Source: Octopus vulgaris (Eukaryota). From it: DNA of 64,000 nt. Numbering within the stretch: the first letter of the stretch is position 1; each line of letters opens with the position of its first letter. The notes below the pieces were generated by a model. The model ran no database searches. It was given only the letters and a program-made list of their open reading frames with translations, and was not told where the DNA came from. Positions 12,728-26,319 of the stretch are shown piece by piece. The position numbers were made by a program, and so were the translations under genes. The DNA is taken from assembly GCA_951406725.2 (NCBI GenBank), contig OX597819.1, positions 34,472,001 through 34,536,000 on the forward strand, given 5' to 3'.

Positions 12728-13632
12728 GTTGCTAACCACTTTACAGTGTGAACTGGGTGCTTTTAAGTGGCACCTGCACTGACAGGGTTACCAAGTACTT
12801 GCAAAACAAAAAAAATCTCTTTTGAGAGAGGAGGGAGCATTGGAGGAGGTGATCTTATGTCAGATGATGAAAGTTATAGTGAGACAGAGAGACAGAAACA
12901 GGTGTCTTACTGTAGAGGAGGTACAAAGTTACCCAGTCAGAGAGAGAGAGATCAGGAATAAAGACAGAAACAGGTGCACTGCCACAAAGGAGATACATGG
13001 TTACCCAACCTGAGGGAAGTGCCGGAGAAGGAGAGAGAGAGAGGGGGGGGAGAGAAAGACAGTGGGATAGAGATGGTAGCAAAGTGCCAAGCATACTCAC
13101 AAGGGACAGGGATCAGAATATCAGTATGATGGTTGAGTAAAGGAAGTGAGAAATATAGATGGTGGCAAGTGCCAGGGCATACCCTTGAGGTTCAAATACC
13201 ATAATATAAGTGGCAAGATATTGCGAAGGAAGCGTGATTAAAGTGTGCAGAGGGGGAGAGGTGAGTGGCAAAAATCTGGGTATATATAGATTTGGGGTGG
13301 CTACTAGATAGCAATGATACAGAGGAACAGGGCCTTGAGGACAGGATTGGGGAGTGAGAGCTAGGCATAGTATATGAAGGAGGAAATGTGAGGAAGAGAA
13401 AAGATGTAGATTGGTTTGTTGGGGTAGGGTGTGTGAAAAGTTTTCTTGTTACATGTGGGTGGAATAGTGAAGAGCAATGACACAGTGACACAGGGCCAAG
13501 AGGACAGGACTAGGGATTGAGAGGTAAACATAGAGCATGAAGTGGAAATGTGAGGAAGAAAAGAGATGTAGAGATGTAGTTTGGTTTTTGTGGTAGAGTG
13601 TGTGAGTTTTCTTGTTAAGTGTGGGTGGGACC
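12728..13632 (-). mobile_element. Long old B-related element with purine-rich body and internal ~165-bp tandem duplication
   Basis: GCTAACCACTTTACAGTGTG..GGTGCTTTT shared with B relatives; 13317-13462 resembles 13479-13630. Confidence 0.55.
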
Positions 13633-13774
13633 CCTCAAAGCTTCTAGAACTCAGTTTCACTGATGTGGGCGAGTCTTCTCAAGTACTTCATATGAAGTTC
13701 TCAAGAACTCTCTGAGAGAGAGTACTTTTGTTAAATAGATAGATTGATAGATAGATAGATAGATAGATACATAC

Positions 13775-13827
<53 letters not shown>

Positions 13828-13831
13828 TACA

Positions 13832-13900
<69 letters not shown>

Positions 13901-14694
13901 TCCACCCAACTTATGAACATGGAAGAGTGGATAAATAGAAAGAATGAGATGTAAATTTAATCATTTTTGTAAATCTTTACTGACAAATTACTTTACAGTG
14001 CATATATGAGTCCATGTATGTGTGTGTGCATGTGTGTGTATGTGTGTGAGTGAGAGTGCATGTGTTCATGGATACAAGTTTGTGAAGATGCATAAGAATG
14101 TATAAGGGTCTGTCCACATGTTTGTTTATGGATGAGAGAACAAGGTTGCATGTGTATGTGAGAACGTGGTCAATAGCTGGGAAAATGAGAATGATAGATG
14201 TATTTTAGATGCAGGAGGGAAGATGAAGGGAATATAGTTTGGATTGTTACCAAGGGAAAAAAGCAACAAATGTAATACAACTACAACATTGGCTCAAGGC
14301 CACACACATCTGTTTGGGGAAGGTACATAGCAGGGAATCAATCAACTTCACCATGTGTTTGTAATTGTTTTTAAAAGCCACCATATATCTCTATGCCCAC
14401 CAGAAATCTATAAAGAGAAGATGTACATGGGTGACTGGACCAGCTCCACTAATATGATTGTTATTGTTTTCAGAGGCCACCATATATCTCAGTGACAAAG
14501 GGAGAACTGCCTGAATGACTGAGGCACACTATATCACTGGGATTGTTGTAGCAGCATTAACCCAACTTTTAAGGCAACTAGCAGGCAACAGAATTTTTTG
14601 CAAGTTAGACAAATGATTAGTAGCATTTCTTCTAGCTCTCTATATTCTGAGTTCAAACCCCATGGCGATCAACTTTGCCTTCAGTCCCTATCTA

Positions 14695-15078
14695 TCATCA
14701 TCATCATCGTTTAACGTCCGTTTTCCGCGCTAGCACGGGTTGGACGGTTCGACCGGGGTCTGGGAAGCCAGGGGCTGCTCCAGGCTCCAGTCTGATCTGG
14801 CAGAGTTTCTACGGCTGGATGCCCTTCCTAACGCCAACCACTCCGCGAGTGTAGGGGGTGCTTTTTATACACCACCTGCACAGGTGCCAGGGGGGGGTCT
14901 GGCATCGGCCACGATCGGTTGGAGCTTTTAACGTGCCAGCGGCACAAAAGCCAGCCAAGGCGGCGCTGGCAACGGCCACATTCGGATGGTGCTTTTTATG
15001 TGCCACCGGCACAGAAGCCAGTCGGGGTGGCGCTGGCATCGGCCACGTTTGGATGGTGCTTTTTATGTGCCACCAGCA
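14695..15078 (-). mobile_element. Family B copy
   Basis: Same subfamily as 60497-60872. Confidence 0.9.
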
Positions 15079-15269
15079 ATAAAGTAAAATACCAATCAAT
15101 TGTTACTTTCCTTCTCCCAAACTGATATTCACTGCATCCTGCTCAATCTCCATCTCTTATCATCTATCACATTATTTTCATTCTAGTACACTTGCCTTCC
15201 TACCTATCTTTTCTGTACCTGCCTTCAAACCTGTCGTTTTTGCTTCCTATTCTCTCTTTCTCTCTCTGT

Positions 15270-15766
15270 AATTAAGATCGTTCCGCTGACCTCCCTGAAT
15301 AGGGAGGGCGAGCCTGTTTTCTCTCGGTAGTTGCTATGGCGAAAGAAGTAGTATGGAAGACGAGAGTGAAAGGAATTGCAACAGGCATGTTCATTTCCAG
15401 TCTCAAGCTAATCAACTTTTACGTTTTCCACATGAAACGGAAAATAAGGGTGGAGAAGAAATGCCTGTCGCAAAGTGTGATTCGTAAAAGATGGAAGTCT
15501 ATAGTAAGTATGTTGTGAGTGAAAGAACCTGTTTAAATGAGAATATAAAAAGGAGAAAGCAAAGTCTTCAGTGTGAGTATGTGGTTTGTGGCATCGACCG
15601 CATCCTCCGCTTCATTTTTTGTAAATCACTCATTCTCATTTAATTGTATATATTTTAATTGTTTGTTTATTCATACGTTTCATCTCATTTGATACCCTAA
15701 CCCCAATGTATGTTTTGTCTGTCCTCATATCGTCCCCTCTTTTTCTCAACCTTATGGTTAATAAAG

Positions 15767-15771
<5 letters not shown>
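15270..15771 (+). mobile_element. 5'-truncated Tx1/L1-clade LINE (ORF2 C-terminus plus 3' UTR) in (TC)n
   Basis: VAMAKEVVWKTR..LINFYVFHMKRKIRVEKK..KRW resembles Tx1/L1 ORF2 ends; T-rich UTR, AATAAA, (TC)n on both sides. Confidence 0.7.
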
Positions 15772-15842
<71 letters not shown>

Positions 15843-16140
15843 CAGATAGGGAAGCCAAGTATTCACCTTTTCAGTAAGACACCCATTCTTGTCCTGTCAT
15901 AATTTCATTTTCCTCAATACTATACCCTGCTCAGTTGAGAGAGCTTATCTTGTAAGTACTTGGGGACCTTCAACAATGCTGGAACCACAATAAATGCATC
16001 CAGCACACTCTGTGTCAATAGGGGCCTCCAGCTGCAGAAATCATGTCAAAGCAGGCATTGGAGCTCAGCACAACCTGCTGGCTTGCCAGGTGTGTGCATG
16101 TGTACTGTTCAGTGATGGCAAGATTGACAAAAAAAGTACT

Positions 16141-16757
16141 CCATCTGTAAATCAAGGGGGTTGCATTCTTGGGAGTTAGGCTGCAGTCTGGGGAGTTAGG
16201 TTGCAGTCTGAGGACTTAGGTGGAGAGTTAGGAGTGATCTGGTTGCAGAAATTGTCTGACAGCCATGACTGGATTCTCCTACTTGTGTGACATGGTGCAG
16301 ATCCTGTTACCAAACAAAGGGTCTTCCAGCAGCCAGCCTCTTGACCTAGGGCAGCACTACCTCCTCCAGGTACTTGATGTATGTGTCCATGTTGAGTTTG
16401 AGACCATGTGGGAAGATGGAACGAGGCATAATGTCATCATCACTAGTGATCACTCCAAACACCATGATGTTGACTGGATGTTTGATTTTTATCACTCTTG
16501 GTATATGCACTGTCCTCAGATTGATACATAAACAGTCTGAAATGTTTATATTGGAGCTTCTGGCATGAATACCAAGCAGTATAGCATGTCATTTCCAAAT
16601 TTCTGGCAGAGTGAATTGTGTCATGGTGCAGTTTTTGTCACAGAAGGTGCCCAATTGACCCTACTATACTGTGTAGTCAACAAAATCAAAAACAAACAAT
16701 GCGTATGCACAAAATTAAAAATATAAAACAGCAACAATTTACCCATCGCACCCTGTA
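16141..16757 (-). mobile_element. Internally deleted Tc1/mariner (maT/DD37D-like) element
   Basis: Minus-strand KHPVNIMVFGVITSD..IMP..IFPHGLKLN..Y..YLEEVVLP..RPFVW..D.APCHTSR..PNSQECNPLD; terminus TA-CAGGGTGCG. Confidence 0.85.
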
Positions 16758-17654
16758 TGGTAGTTCACAAATATAATGCTAATCTACTCTCATTCATGAA
16801 TAGCATTCGTCACCTCACTGAAATGTGGAATCTTTGAGCAATATTTACTTGTATATTATGATTAGCTGTATGCTGTCCTTGCAACTATCCTCAGATTCTC
16901 ATAAACTTTCTATTAACTTAGCTTTAATAGCTATGTGAGAAACAAATCCATTTACACGTAATTCTTATTCCCAAGTATGTAAATCTTTCTATAGTTCCTC
17001 ATATGAGGTAACAGTTTAGCACATTTTCTATTTGAATTTTCTTCAGAGTGTGTATGTGTACACACACACACACACACATTATATATATATATATATATAT
17101 ATTGGAGCATGATCTAATCTTCAGACATGTTGGGATATTATCAAACCATCCAGCCCATGTCAGCATGGAAGATGGAATTGATGATAATATTTCTTGAATC
17201 TATTTAACTATCTATTTCTCTCTTTCTCTCTCTCCCCCCCTCTCTCTCTCTCTCTGCTATGACCATCCTCTCCCTATGATCCATCATCCATGTCTTCTCT
17301 TATGCTCACTTTCTTGTTCCTTGTGAGTTTGCTCTGGCACTCCATCACTACCTTCCTCTTATCTCCAGCCATGTATCTCCTCTATAGCTTATCCCTCTTT
17401 AATAATCCAGCCTTTCAACACCTGGCATACAGCCACCCACCTCCATCTTCCACTGGGAGCTTTTTCTATTTCCTTTTTCTTTGTTCTTTTTCGTAACACC
17501 ATACCTTCTTCCCTTTAAATTTTGGTGCCCTCTGTACTCTGCATAAGTTTGCTCTGTTAATATATAAATATCTATATATTTGTACTTGAATATTCATTGT
17601 GTAACATTTTTTAGTCTTTGCTTTCTTTCTGTTTACATGGATATATGTATATAT

Positions 17655-17884
17655 GGAGATCCAGTTTTCTTTTGAAGACACCTACATCCACACCATGCAG
17701 ACACTCAGGCATTTTGGAATGATTTTGAAGGGCTATGGGGCCTTGAAACCCAAGCTGTTGCAGTATCTGGTCCTGTATTTTGATGGCAAAGCTGGGATCT
17801 TTGGCACTATGCAATGGTGCCCCATTCTGTTGTTTGTGGAATTTTGGTTCAAGGCCTTCCAGGATTTTCCAGATGTCTTTCATT
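17655..17884 (-). mobile_element. CR1-group LINE ORF2 3' fragment
   Basis: IWKILEGLEP..GFQGP..HGVDVGVFKRKLD. Confidence 0.65.
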
Positions 17885-18207
17885 ATTCTTTTACTCTTTT
17901 ACTCTTTTACTTGTTTCAGTCATTTGACTGCGGCCATGCTGGAGCACCGCCTTTAGTCAAGCAAATCGACCCAGAACTTATTCTATCGGTCTCTGTTGCC
18001 GAACCGCTAAGTAACGGGGACGTAAACACACCAGCATTGGTTGTCAAGCAATGCTAGGGGGACAAACACAGACACACATACATATATACGACAGGGTTCT
18101 TTCAGTTTCTGTCTACCAAATCCACTCACAAGGCATTGGTCGGCCCGGGGCTATAGCAGAAGACACTTGCCCAAGATGCCACGCAGTGGGACTGAACCCG
18201 GAACCAT
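17885..18207 (-). mobile_element. SINE family A (head truncated)
   Basis: High identity to 51414-51838. Confidence 0.9.
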
Positions 18208-18850
18208 ATCTTTCCTGCTTTCATTCTAGGGAGAAGAGTCTTAGCTCCTTCAGCTTTTCCCAGTAGCTGGGAACATATATTATATGCACACAAGGATATA
18301 TATATTCAGGTTATATTATATATATATACACATGCAGAAATCTAAGACCTTCAAATATAAACTAGACAGGAATATTTAAATCTCAGTTAAACCTAGTAGG
18401 GATGGAAGGCATGAATGTCATTTAGGCACACTTGAAGCTATACAAATCTTACTAGTAAATGGCTATTTAACAAAAGCAATGAGATTTTACTTCATGTCAT
18501 CAAAAGAAACTAAAACTTTTTAATTATTATTTACATATATAGAAACCCTGATAAATCACCATTTAAATATATATAAAACTGTCTGCATTAGATAATCAAT
18601 AAATATTTCAGAATGATAACCTTGCGCTTAAATTATTTACATCAAAGTTTTCTAGCAGTGACAACTTTAATAGCATAATTGTTGTAAACAACAAAATTCT
18701 ATTTAATATTACAACCAAATTCATGTGGGGGAAATGATAATATTTTATCAGTACATCTCTTCTTTATTCTAAGTAGGTAGGACCATACATTTATAATTTG
18801 TTTTTACTTATATATTGTTCTGGGTATTTATATATATATGTGTGTCTGCT

Positions 18851-18886
<36 letters not shown>

Positions 18887-20856
18887 ATAAAAAGCTAGGA
18901 AGCATGAGAAGAGAATATATTTATTTAACCACTTGTCATCCTTAGGGTTACAGCTGTTTCACAGCCTTAATCTTGTAATAATAATAATTTCAATGAATAA
19001 TAAATTCTGTTTCCATGTCTGCACTAATATACATGCTATGCATTACACAATACTTTAAATATTTACAAATCAGTGCAGATGACGAAAGCTAGCTCATCAG
19101 ATCACCAGAACATCATGGTTACATCAATGCTTCAACAATGAGTTGAAGCATTGGTGTAATCCTGATGCTCTGGTGAGTGTTAGCATCAGGAAGGGCATCC
19201 AGCTGTAGAATAACCTGCCACACACACACACTCACACATACACATATTTATAGATGCAAGCATGGCTATGTGTGTATGGAGCTTACTTCCCAACCACATG
19301 GTTTCAGGTTCAGTCTCACTGTGCGGTACCTTAGTCTTCTACTATAGCTTTGAGCCAAGTGAAGTCTTGTGAATGGATTTGGTAAGCAGAGGTTCCATGT
19401 GTGTGGAAATGCTTGTGCCTCCTCTGATAGATGGATTGATGGATAATATAAAATACAAGGGTGGAACACTCGTATCCAGTACTCAGTTAAATTTATCTTA
19501 TAACATCATAAATGACATAAGCTTTATTCCTATTTCTCTGGTGTATACTCCTATGTCATGCAGCTACATAGGTGACTGCATAATCACCATAGAATGTTTA
19601 CTCTATAGTAATTCAATCCATTGTTGATTACCATCTCAGCTAGTAGGCAAAAATGGTTCTGGCATTCTAACTGGCAACAGATGATTGGGACAAATTTTCA
19701 TCTCACTCTAATATTTATAGTGTTTTTAACACTGCATGTCCATAAGAGGTGTTACATCAAGATAGATAGCACAGCAACTAGCCTATCAACACTGTATATG
19801 CATTAAGTATGATACGTCGATGGTTATTTTGATTTAATGCTACCTCATCTACATATACTGCATATTTATGGAGAAGTGACTGAGACTTCTGGCAATTTGC
19901 TGTGCTTAGGAAGACACAACAAGTTAAGTTGTGGTCAGTGCCGGTGACATGTAAAAGGCACCTTTGCCAGTGACATATAAAAGATACCCAGTACACTCTG
20001 TAGAATGGTTGGCATTAAGAAAGGTATCCAGCCATAGAAACTAAGCCGAAACAGACTGGAGACTGGTGCAACTCTCTAGCTTACCAGTCAAACTATCTAA
20101 CCCATACCAGCACGAGGAATATACATAAAGTTTTTGTCATTTATGATGTTATAATATAAAGTTAACTGAGTACTGGATGTTGAGTGTTCCCCTCTTGTAT
20201 TTTAACACCCGTTTTGGGTGTCAAATGATGATGATAGTGATTATGATGTATATATATATATATATATGTGTGTATACTCCAGTTCAATTGGCAACAAGAG
20301 AAAATGGAACAAAACCAGGAGCTGTTGTAGCAGGGATTAAAGATGAATTCTATAAAACCCTTACAACTTCTGTTAAGAGCAGTTTGTAAGAGATTGACAA
20401 GTTGCCAGAGACCAAGGTTGGCTGACTGAGAAGATGGCTGAACTTCATATCTTTTGGCAAGGAATTTTTTTTTTTAGAGTCTAAAGTTAACAAACAACCC
20501 ATTGGAATTAGTGGAATTAATGTAGCATTTTAACACCTGGAGATTAACCTTTCTATTACCCTATTTCTGTTGAAATATACACTACCTTTATTTCAATTTA
20601 TTTTCAAAATTATCCCAACTTTATTATCTCTTTAGCATTTTGGATTACTCTTTCACATGTAAGGCTTATTTATAATGTTTTGAATTACTCATGCATTATC
20701 TCATAGCTTTGGGATTTCAATGATGTGATTTGCACAAGTCAAAGAAGACAAGAGTATTCTAGAAAATGTAGATGTGACTAAGAGTAGTGCATGTTTGGGA
20801 AATCCATCTTCTACTTTCAAAGATAACCAGAATCTTCATTTATAATGTATTCATAC

Positions 20857-21242
20857 TCGGAAACACTCCGTCGGTTACGACGACGAGGGTTCCGATTGAT
20901 CCGAATCAACGGAACAGCCTGCTCATGAAATTAACGTGTAAGTGGCTGAGCACTCCACAGACACGTGTACCCTTAACGTAATTCTCAGGGATATTCAGCG
21001 TGACACAGAGAGTGACAAGGCCAGCCCTTTGAAATACAGGTACAACAGAAACAGGAAGAAAGAGTGAGAGAAAGTTGTGGTGAAAGAGTACAGGAGGGAT
21101 CACCACCACCCCCTGCAGGAGCATCGTGGAGCTTTAGGTGTTTTCGCTCAATAAACACTCACAACGCTCGGTCTGGGAATCGAAACCGCGATCCTATGAC
21201 CGCGAGTCCGCTGCCCTAACCACTGGGCCATTGCACCTCCAC
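20857..21242 (-). mobile_element. tRNA SINE family C, tail type 2, 13-bp TSD
   Basis: C head; TSD AATGTATTCATAC at 20844-20856 and 21243-21255. Confidence 0.9.
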
Positions 21243-21835
21243 AATGTATTCATACATGACATTCCTCAATAGAATGCAGTCAAACATAATTTCATATCAG
21301 AAGAATTAGACCACTGCAATTTAAACTGGGAGAAAATGTCAGTTGGTTTGTGATTATATTACTAAATAATTTGTCTCTTACTTTATAATTTCAGTTCAAT
21401 AAAATGAAATCTGAGGAGCTGAAGGCTTGATTTGTTGACAACAACTCAGTTCTATGGCAGAATGCCAAGAGATTGATACTGTGTTTAATATGTTAAGCCT
21501 TTGCAACATTTTCTAGTTTGAATCTGTGCTGAACTAACAACAAGTTGCTGAAATAAAGAAACAAAGAAGATTAACTTTGAAATCCAATGTTCTTGCTGTG
21601 GTTAAGGGATGTAGTCTACCACCTTTGTGAATCTAAAACTGGTCACATTACTTATTTCTGCACATTATTGCAACCTTATACACAAAGACTAAATAAAACC
21701 TGCCCCCTCACTAAACTCAAGTACATTTCCTCTAAGTGCTTTCACACACACACTTCCTCATATACAGAAATATTCACACATATATGGAAATATTCACACA
21801 TGTAGTTTCTCCCTTCTTCTTCTTCTTCTTCTTCT

Positions 21836-21899
<64 letters not shown>

Positions 21900-22479
21900 C
21901 AGAGTATCAAGTCCAACACAGCTATCCCATTCACTTAAGAAACTGTATAAAAAAAACAAACATAACAGAAACATGAATGACAATCAACAATTCTTACTTT
22001 GCTGGAAACTCTGTATCGGGGAGAGACAAAAGTGAAATAATCCTCACAGTCTCTCTCTCTCTCTCTAGTAATTAATTACTCTTCATCTGGTAATTAGCCT
22101 TGATCAGGTGAACCATCATGTCAATCTGGAAAATAAAGTAAAATTGACATATATAGATGACATAAATAGAACAATGGTAGATTATATTACACAAACAGAA
22201 CATTAGAGGAAATCTGTAAAAAAAGACAAGGTCAACTATGTTATGTAATAATATACATGTGACAGTCATGGGGTATTTGAACAAATACTGAGAAACAAGA
22301 GAAAGACTGTTTTAAAAATAAATTCACATCAGGTGCAGGCATGGCTTGGTAAGAAGCTTGCTTCCCAACCACATGATTCCAGGATCAGTCGTACCTTTGG
22401 CAAGAATCTTTCATTATAGCCTTAAGCTGACCAAGACCTTGTGGGTGGATTTCGTAGATGGAAACTGAAAGAAACCCAT

Positions 22480-22526
<47 letters not shown>

Positions 22527-22682
22527 GTAAATATAAGAGAGTTACCGTTAAGTGGTTAACTCTAGTGCTAGAAATAGCTCCTTATAAATTTGTATTGTCT
22601 CCCCAGTTTTTTATGTGCTAGGCCACTTGGTGTTAAACTGATGGTATTATTAAATTAATATCTAATTTTTCACCCTCATTTA

Positions 22683-22721
<39 letters not shown>

Positions 22722-23109
22722 ACATACACAATGTATGGTAATATAAGTTCAGCAAAATTTAGATTCAGAAGAATATGGTACTTAAGTTAAAGGCACCAGG
22801 ATTTTGTATGGTATTATCCATATAAATCAAATGGGGTGATTATAATCAAAATAAGCAACAAGTATATCCGAGGTAGAGTAGTACAATTGTTTCATGCTAC
22901 TTCATTTTATTAAACACTGTAAGTATTACATCAGTTTTAAAATGTCGAGCAATCTTCAGCCACTTATAAAATTTTCCAATTAAACGGACAATGCACATTC
23001 TTATCCCTATTTCATTTGCCAACATTATAAAGAGGGTAGATATATATAGACAGAGAGGTTGATTTCATTCTTAAGAACACATATATATATATATACACAT
23101 ATATATATA

Positions 23110-23350
23110 ATCATCATCATCATCGTTTAATGTCCACCTTCTATGCTGGCATGGGTTGCACAGTTTGACTTGAACCAGCCAGGCTGGAGCCTGCACCAGA
23201 CTTCTGTGTCTGTGTTGGCAGGGTTTTTGACAGGGCTGGATGTGCTTCCTAACACCAACCACCCAGCAAAGTGGACTGAGTTATTTTTATGTACTACCAG
23301 CACAGGTGAGGTCAGTTTTGACAAGATTTTTTCAGCTGGATGCCCTTCCA
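23110..23350 (-). mobile_element. Old family B copy
   Basis: (CAT)n-GTTTAATGTCC.. plus diverged 3' domain. Confidence 0.7.
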
Positions 23351-23557
23351 AACACCATGGACTGTGGCCATGCTGGGGCTCAGCCTTGAAAGGTTTCATT
23401 GAACAAATCGCTCAAGCCCTGTAGCTTATTTTTATGTCTGCTACTTATTATATTGATCTTCTTGCTGAACTTCTAAGTTATAAGGACATAAACAAACTAA
23501 CACCAGTTGTCAAGTTGTGATGGACATGCACACATATATATTGCTATTTGTGTATGT

Positions 23558-23866
23558 ATTGTTTTGTTTGTTCCTTCTCGAGCTACGCCTGGCCCATAAG
23601 GGCCAGTTTCCCAGTTTCCTTGGCGTATAGGTTCCCCACCTGGATGGGACGCCATTCCGTCGCAGGTGAGCTACAAGATGCAGGAGAAAAGAGTGACAGA
23701 AAGTTGTGCGAAAGAGTCGGCAGAAGTTCACCTTTACCTTCTGCCAGAGCCACATGGAGCTTAGGTGTTTCGCTCATAAACACACACATCGCTCGGTCTG
23801 AGATTCGAACCCACGATCCCTCGACCGTGAGTCTGCTGCTCTAACCACTAGGCTATGTGCCTCCAC
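23558..23866 (-). mobile_element. tRNA SINE family C, tail type 3, 10-bp TSD
   Basis: TSD TTGTGTATGT; related copy at 46186-46497. Confidence 0.9.
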
Positions 23867-23875
23867 TTGTGTATG

Positions 23876-23911
<36 letters not shown>

Positions 23912-24120
23912 GTACACACAAGTGGAGGCAGTTTAGCAATAAAAACTAATAGAATAAGTACCAGGCTTATAAAGAATAAGTCCTGGAGTTGATTTCTTCA
24001 ACTAATAAAAACCCTTTAAGGTGGTGTTCTAGCATGGACACAGTCAGATTACTGAAACAAGTAAAAGAATAAAAGAGTAGAATATATATATATACACACA
24101 CACACATACACACACATATA

Positions 24121-24121
<1 letters not shown>

Positions 24122-24151
<30 letters not shown>

Positions 24152-24245
24152 AAGAAGAAGAAGAAGAAGAAGAAGAAGAAGAAGAAGAAGAAGAAGAAGA
24201 AGAAGAAGAAGAAGAAGAAGAAGAAGAAGAAGAAGAAGAAGAAGA
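24122..24245. repeat. Pure (GAA)n tract, about 40 units
   Basis: Direct read. Confidence 0.99.
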
Positions 24246-25045
24246 TTAACCAAGCACAGCAAATACACAAAATGTGGTGAGAGGAGTGAAACAACATGGC
24301 ATGTTGTTAGTGAATGTGTAAAACTGGTAGAACGTGAATACAAAAGGTAATATGATAATGTGGCAAGAATGATCCATTGGGAGCTTTTGTGGAAATTATG
24401 GCCTAGAAAGATCAAAGACATGGTATGACTCAGAAGGAGTTACTGAGAATGATGATTGCAGAATCGTGTGGGATGCCTTGATTCAGTGTGACCATCAGAC
24501 TTAACATTGAAAACCTGACAATGTTGTAGGGAACAGAAAAGAAAAGACTTGCTGGGTAATTGATATGGCACGTCCTGGTAACAACAGGCTTGAAGAGAAA
24601 GAAGAAGGAGGAAAAGCGAAGAATTCTGATGAATTGAAGTGGGAAATATACAGGTTGTAGACAATGAAGAGAGTGGACATGATATCAATAGTGACCGGCA
24701 CACTTGGAAGTATCAGTACCCAACTACCAGCATGGCTCAAAAAGACTGGAATGAATATGAAGATAGAAGTGGTCAGCGTTAGGAAGGGCATCCAGCTGTA
24801 GAAACACTGCCAGATCAGACTGGAGCCTGGTGCAGCCTCCTGGCTTCCCAGACCCTGGTCAAACCGTCCAACCCATGCTAGCATGGAAAACAGGCGATAA
24901 ACAATGATGATGATGAAGTCCTAGAAAACAAATCATCATTGCTTGGATCTGCAAGAGAACTGTACGGGATTCTTGGAGTATGATCAGTAAACATGTGTCA
25001 CCTTAGTCTGCTGACTATAGACAGCTGACACTTTCCATTATACCC
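24246..25045 (+). mobile_element. R4/Dong-like non-LTR retrotransposon 3' end (CCHC plus restriction-like endonuclease), copy 1, interrupted by B
   Basis: KCGERSETTWHVVSEC..EYKR.YDNVARMIHWEL..PD..IDMA.P..KSSLLGSAR; B copy at 24770-24915 with GAAGT on both sides. Confidence 0.85.
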
Positions 25046-25049
25046 GGTG

Positions 25050-25765
25050 CAACAAACCTCTGCAGAATGTGTGGGAAGACGGTTGGAAGTGTGACTCACA
25101 TTGTTAGTGTTTGTGAAAGTCGTGCGCAGAAAGAGTACAAGAGCAGACACGATGAGGCAGCCTGAAACCTTCATTGGCTACTATGCTGGAAGTATGGATA
25201 TGAGGTAACAGGTACTTGGTACCAACATACACTGGAAAAAGTAATGGACAAAAGAGGAAGGCAAAAAAAACCTCTGGGACTTTTACTTCCAGATAAACAA
25301 GGTGCTAGAGTACCGAAGGCTGGATACAGTAACCTCTTGGAGGGACAAACAAGAGCGCCTAATAAGTTACATGGCAGTGCCAGGAGATCAACATATTATC
25401 ATGAAAGAAAGAGAAAAAGATAGATAAATATGGAGAGCTGAGAATTGAGATCATCAAAATGTGGCTACAAGAAGAGTCAAAAATTAAGGTTGTCTCTATT
25501 ATCATTGGAGCATTGGGTTTAAGACCACCCAACCTGAAAAAATATCTGGAAATTTTAGAAATACCCTACAATCTAGGAGTATTGCAAAAATCAGCATTAC
25601 TTGGAACTGCACACATATTATGTAAAGTACTATCTGTCTGAGGTCCTAGCTGTGACTTGACAGACAATACAAACCCCTGGTAGGCAATATCTTCAATCAA
25701 CAACATCACAATATTGGATACTGCATGATGTCTTAAATAATGATGATGATGATGATGATGATGAT
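25050..25765 (+). mobile_element. R4/Dong-like RLE non-LTR retrotransposon 3' end, copy 2
   Basis: CRMCGK..HIVSVC..EYKSRHD..LHW..LWDF..DKYGELRIEI..W..IIIGALG..LQKSALLGTAHILCKVL*, short UTR, TAATGATGAT tail. Confidence 0.9.
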
Positions 25766-25769
25766 TGTT

Positions 25770-26261
25770 ATCATGTACATTGTTTTGTCTTGGTATAAAA
25801 GATGGGCTACAGCAAATATTCTGCTCAATATCACAGATTTGCTTGTTATTTGCTTGACCGTAACCAGTTGAGCATGTCCCTTATTGGCTGACGATATGTG
25901 CATCTCTGATCATGAGCAGAAGTAGTTGTGGAGCATCATAGCCATGTGTTGAGAGGGATTATTTAGGGTTTGGATAATTCACCTCTGGAAACATGGGCGT
26001 TTCGTTCAACATCCTTAAACAACCCTTATTCAGGGACCTATTGAGCAGGATGGGTTACTCAACCAGAAGAAAATTCTAGCTGGGCCCCACCTGCAAGGTC
26101 ATGCACTGTTTATCTTGATATATAAACACCATGTCGCGCACATATGGTTGTGATGCATATGGCTGGTGTACCCTTATCAGACGGGTAGTCATGATGGGTA
26201 TACTGGGCTTTGTATATTTTACCCCAGTGTCAATTTGATGGCATGCACTGCTCTCTCACTC

Positions 26262-26318
<57 letters not shown>
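25770..26318 (+). mobile_element. Unclassified non-coding repeat ending in (TAA)n
   Basis: Second diverged partial copy at 27824-27988; (TAA)n tail. Confidence 0.65.

Positions 26319-26319
<1 letters not shown>

Noticed and set aside
20283-20385. Candidate exon (open frame ending at GTAAG)
   Set aside because: Poor acceptor and no recognisable homology
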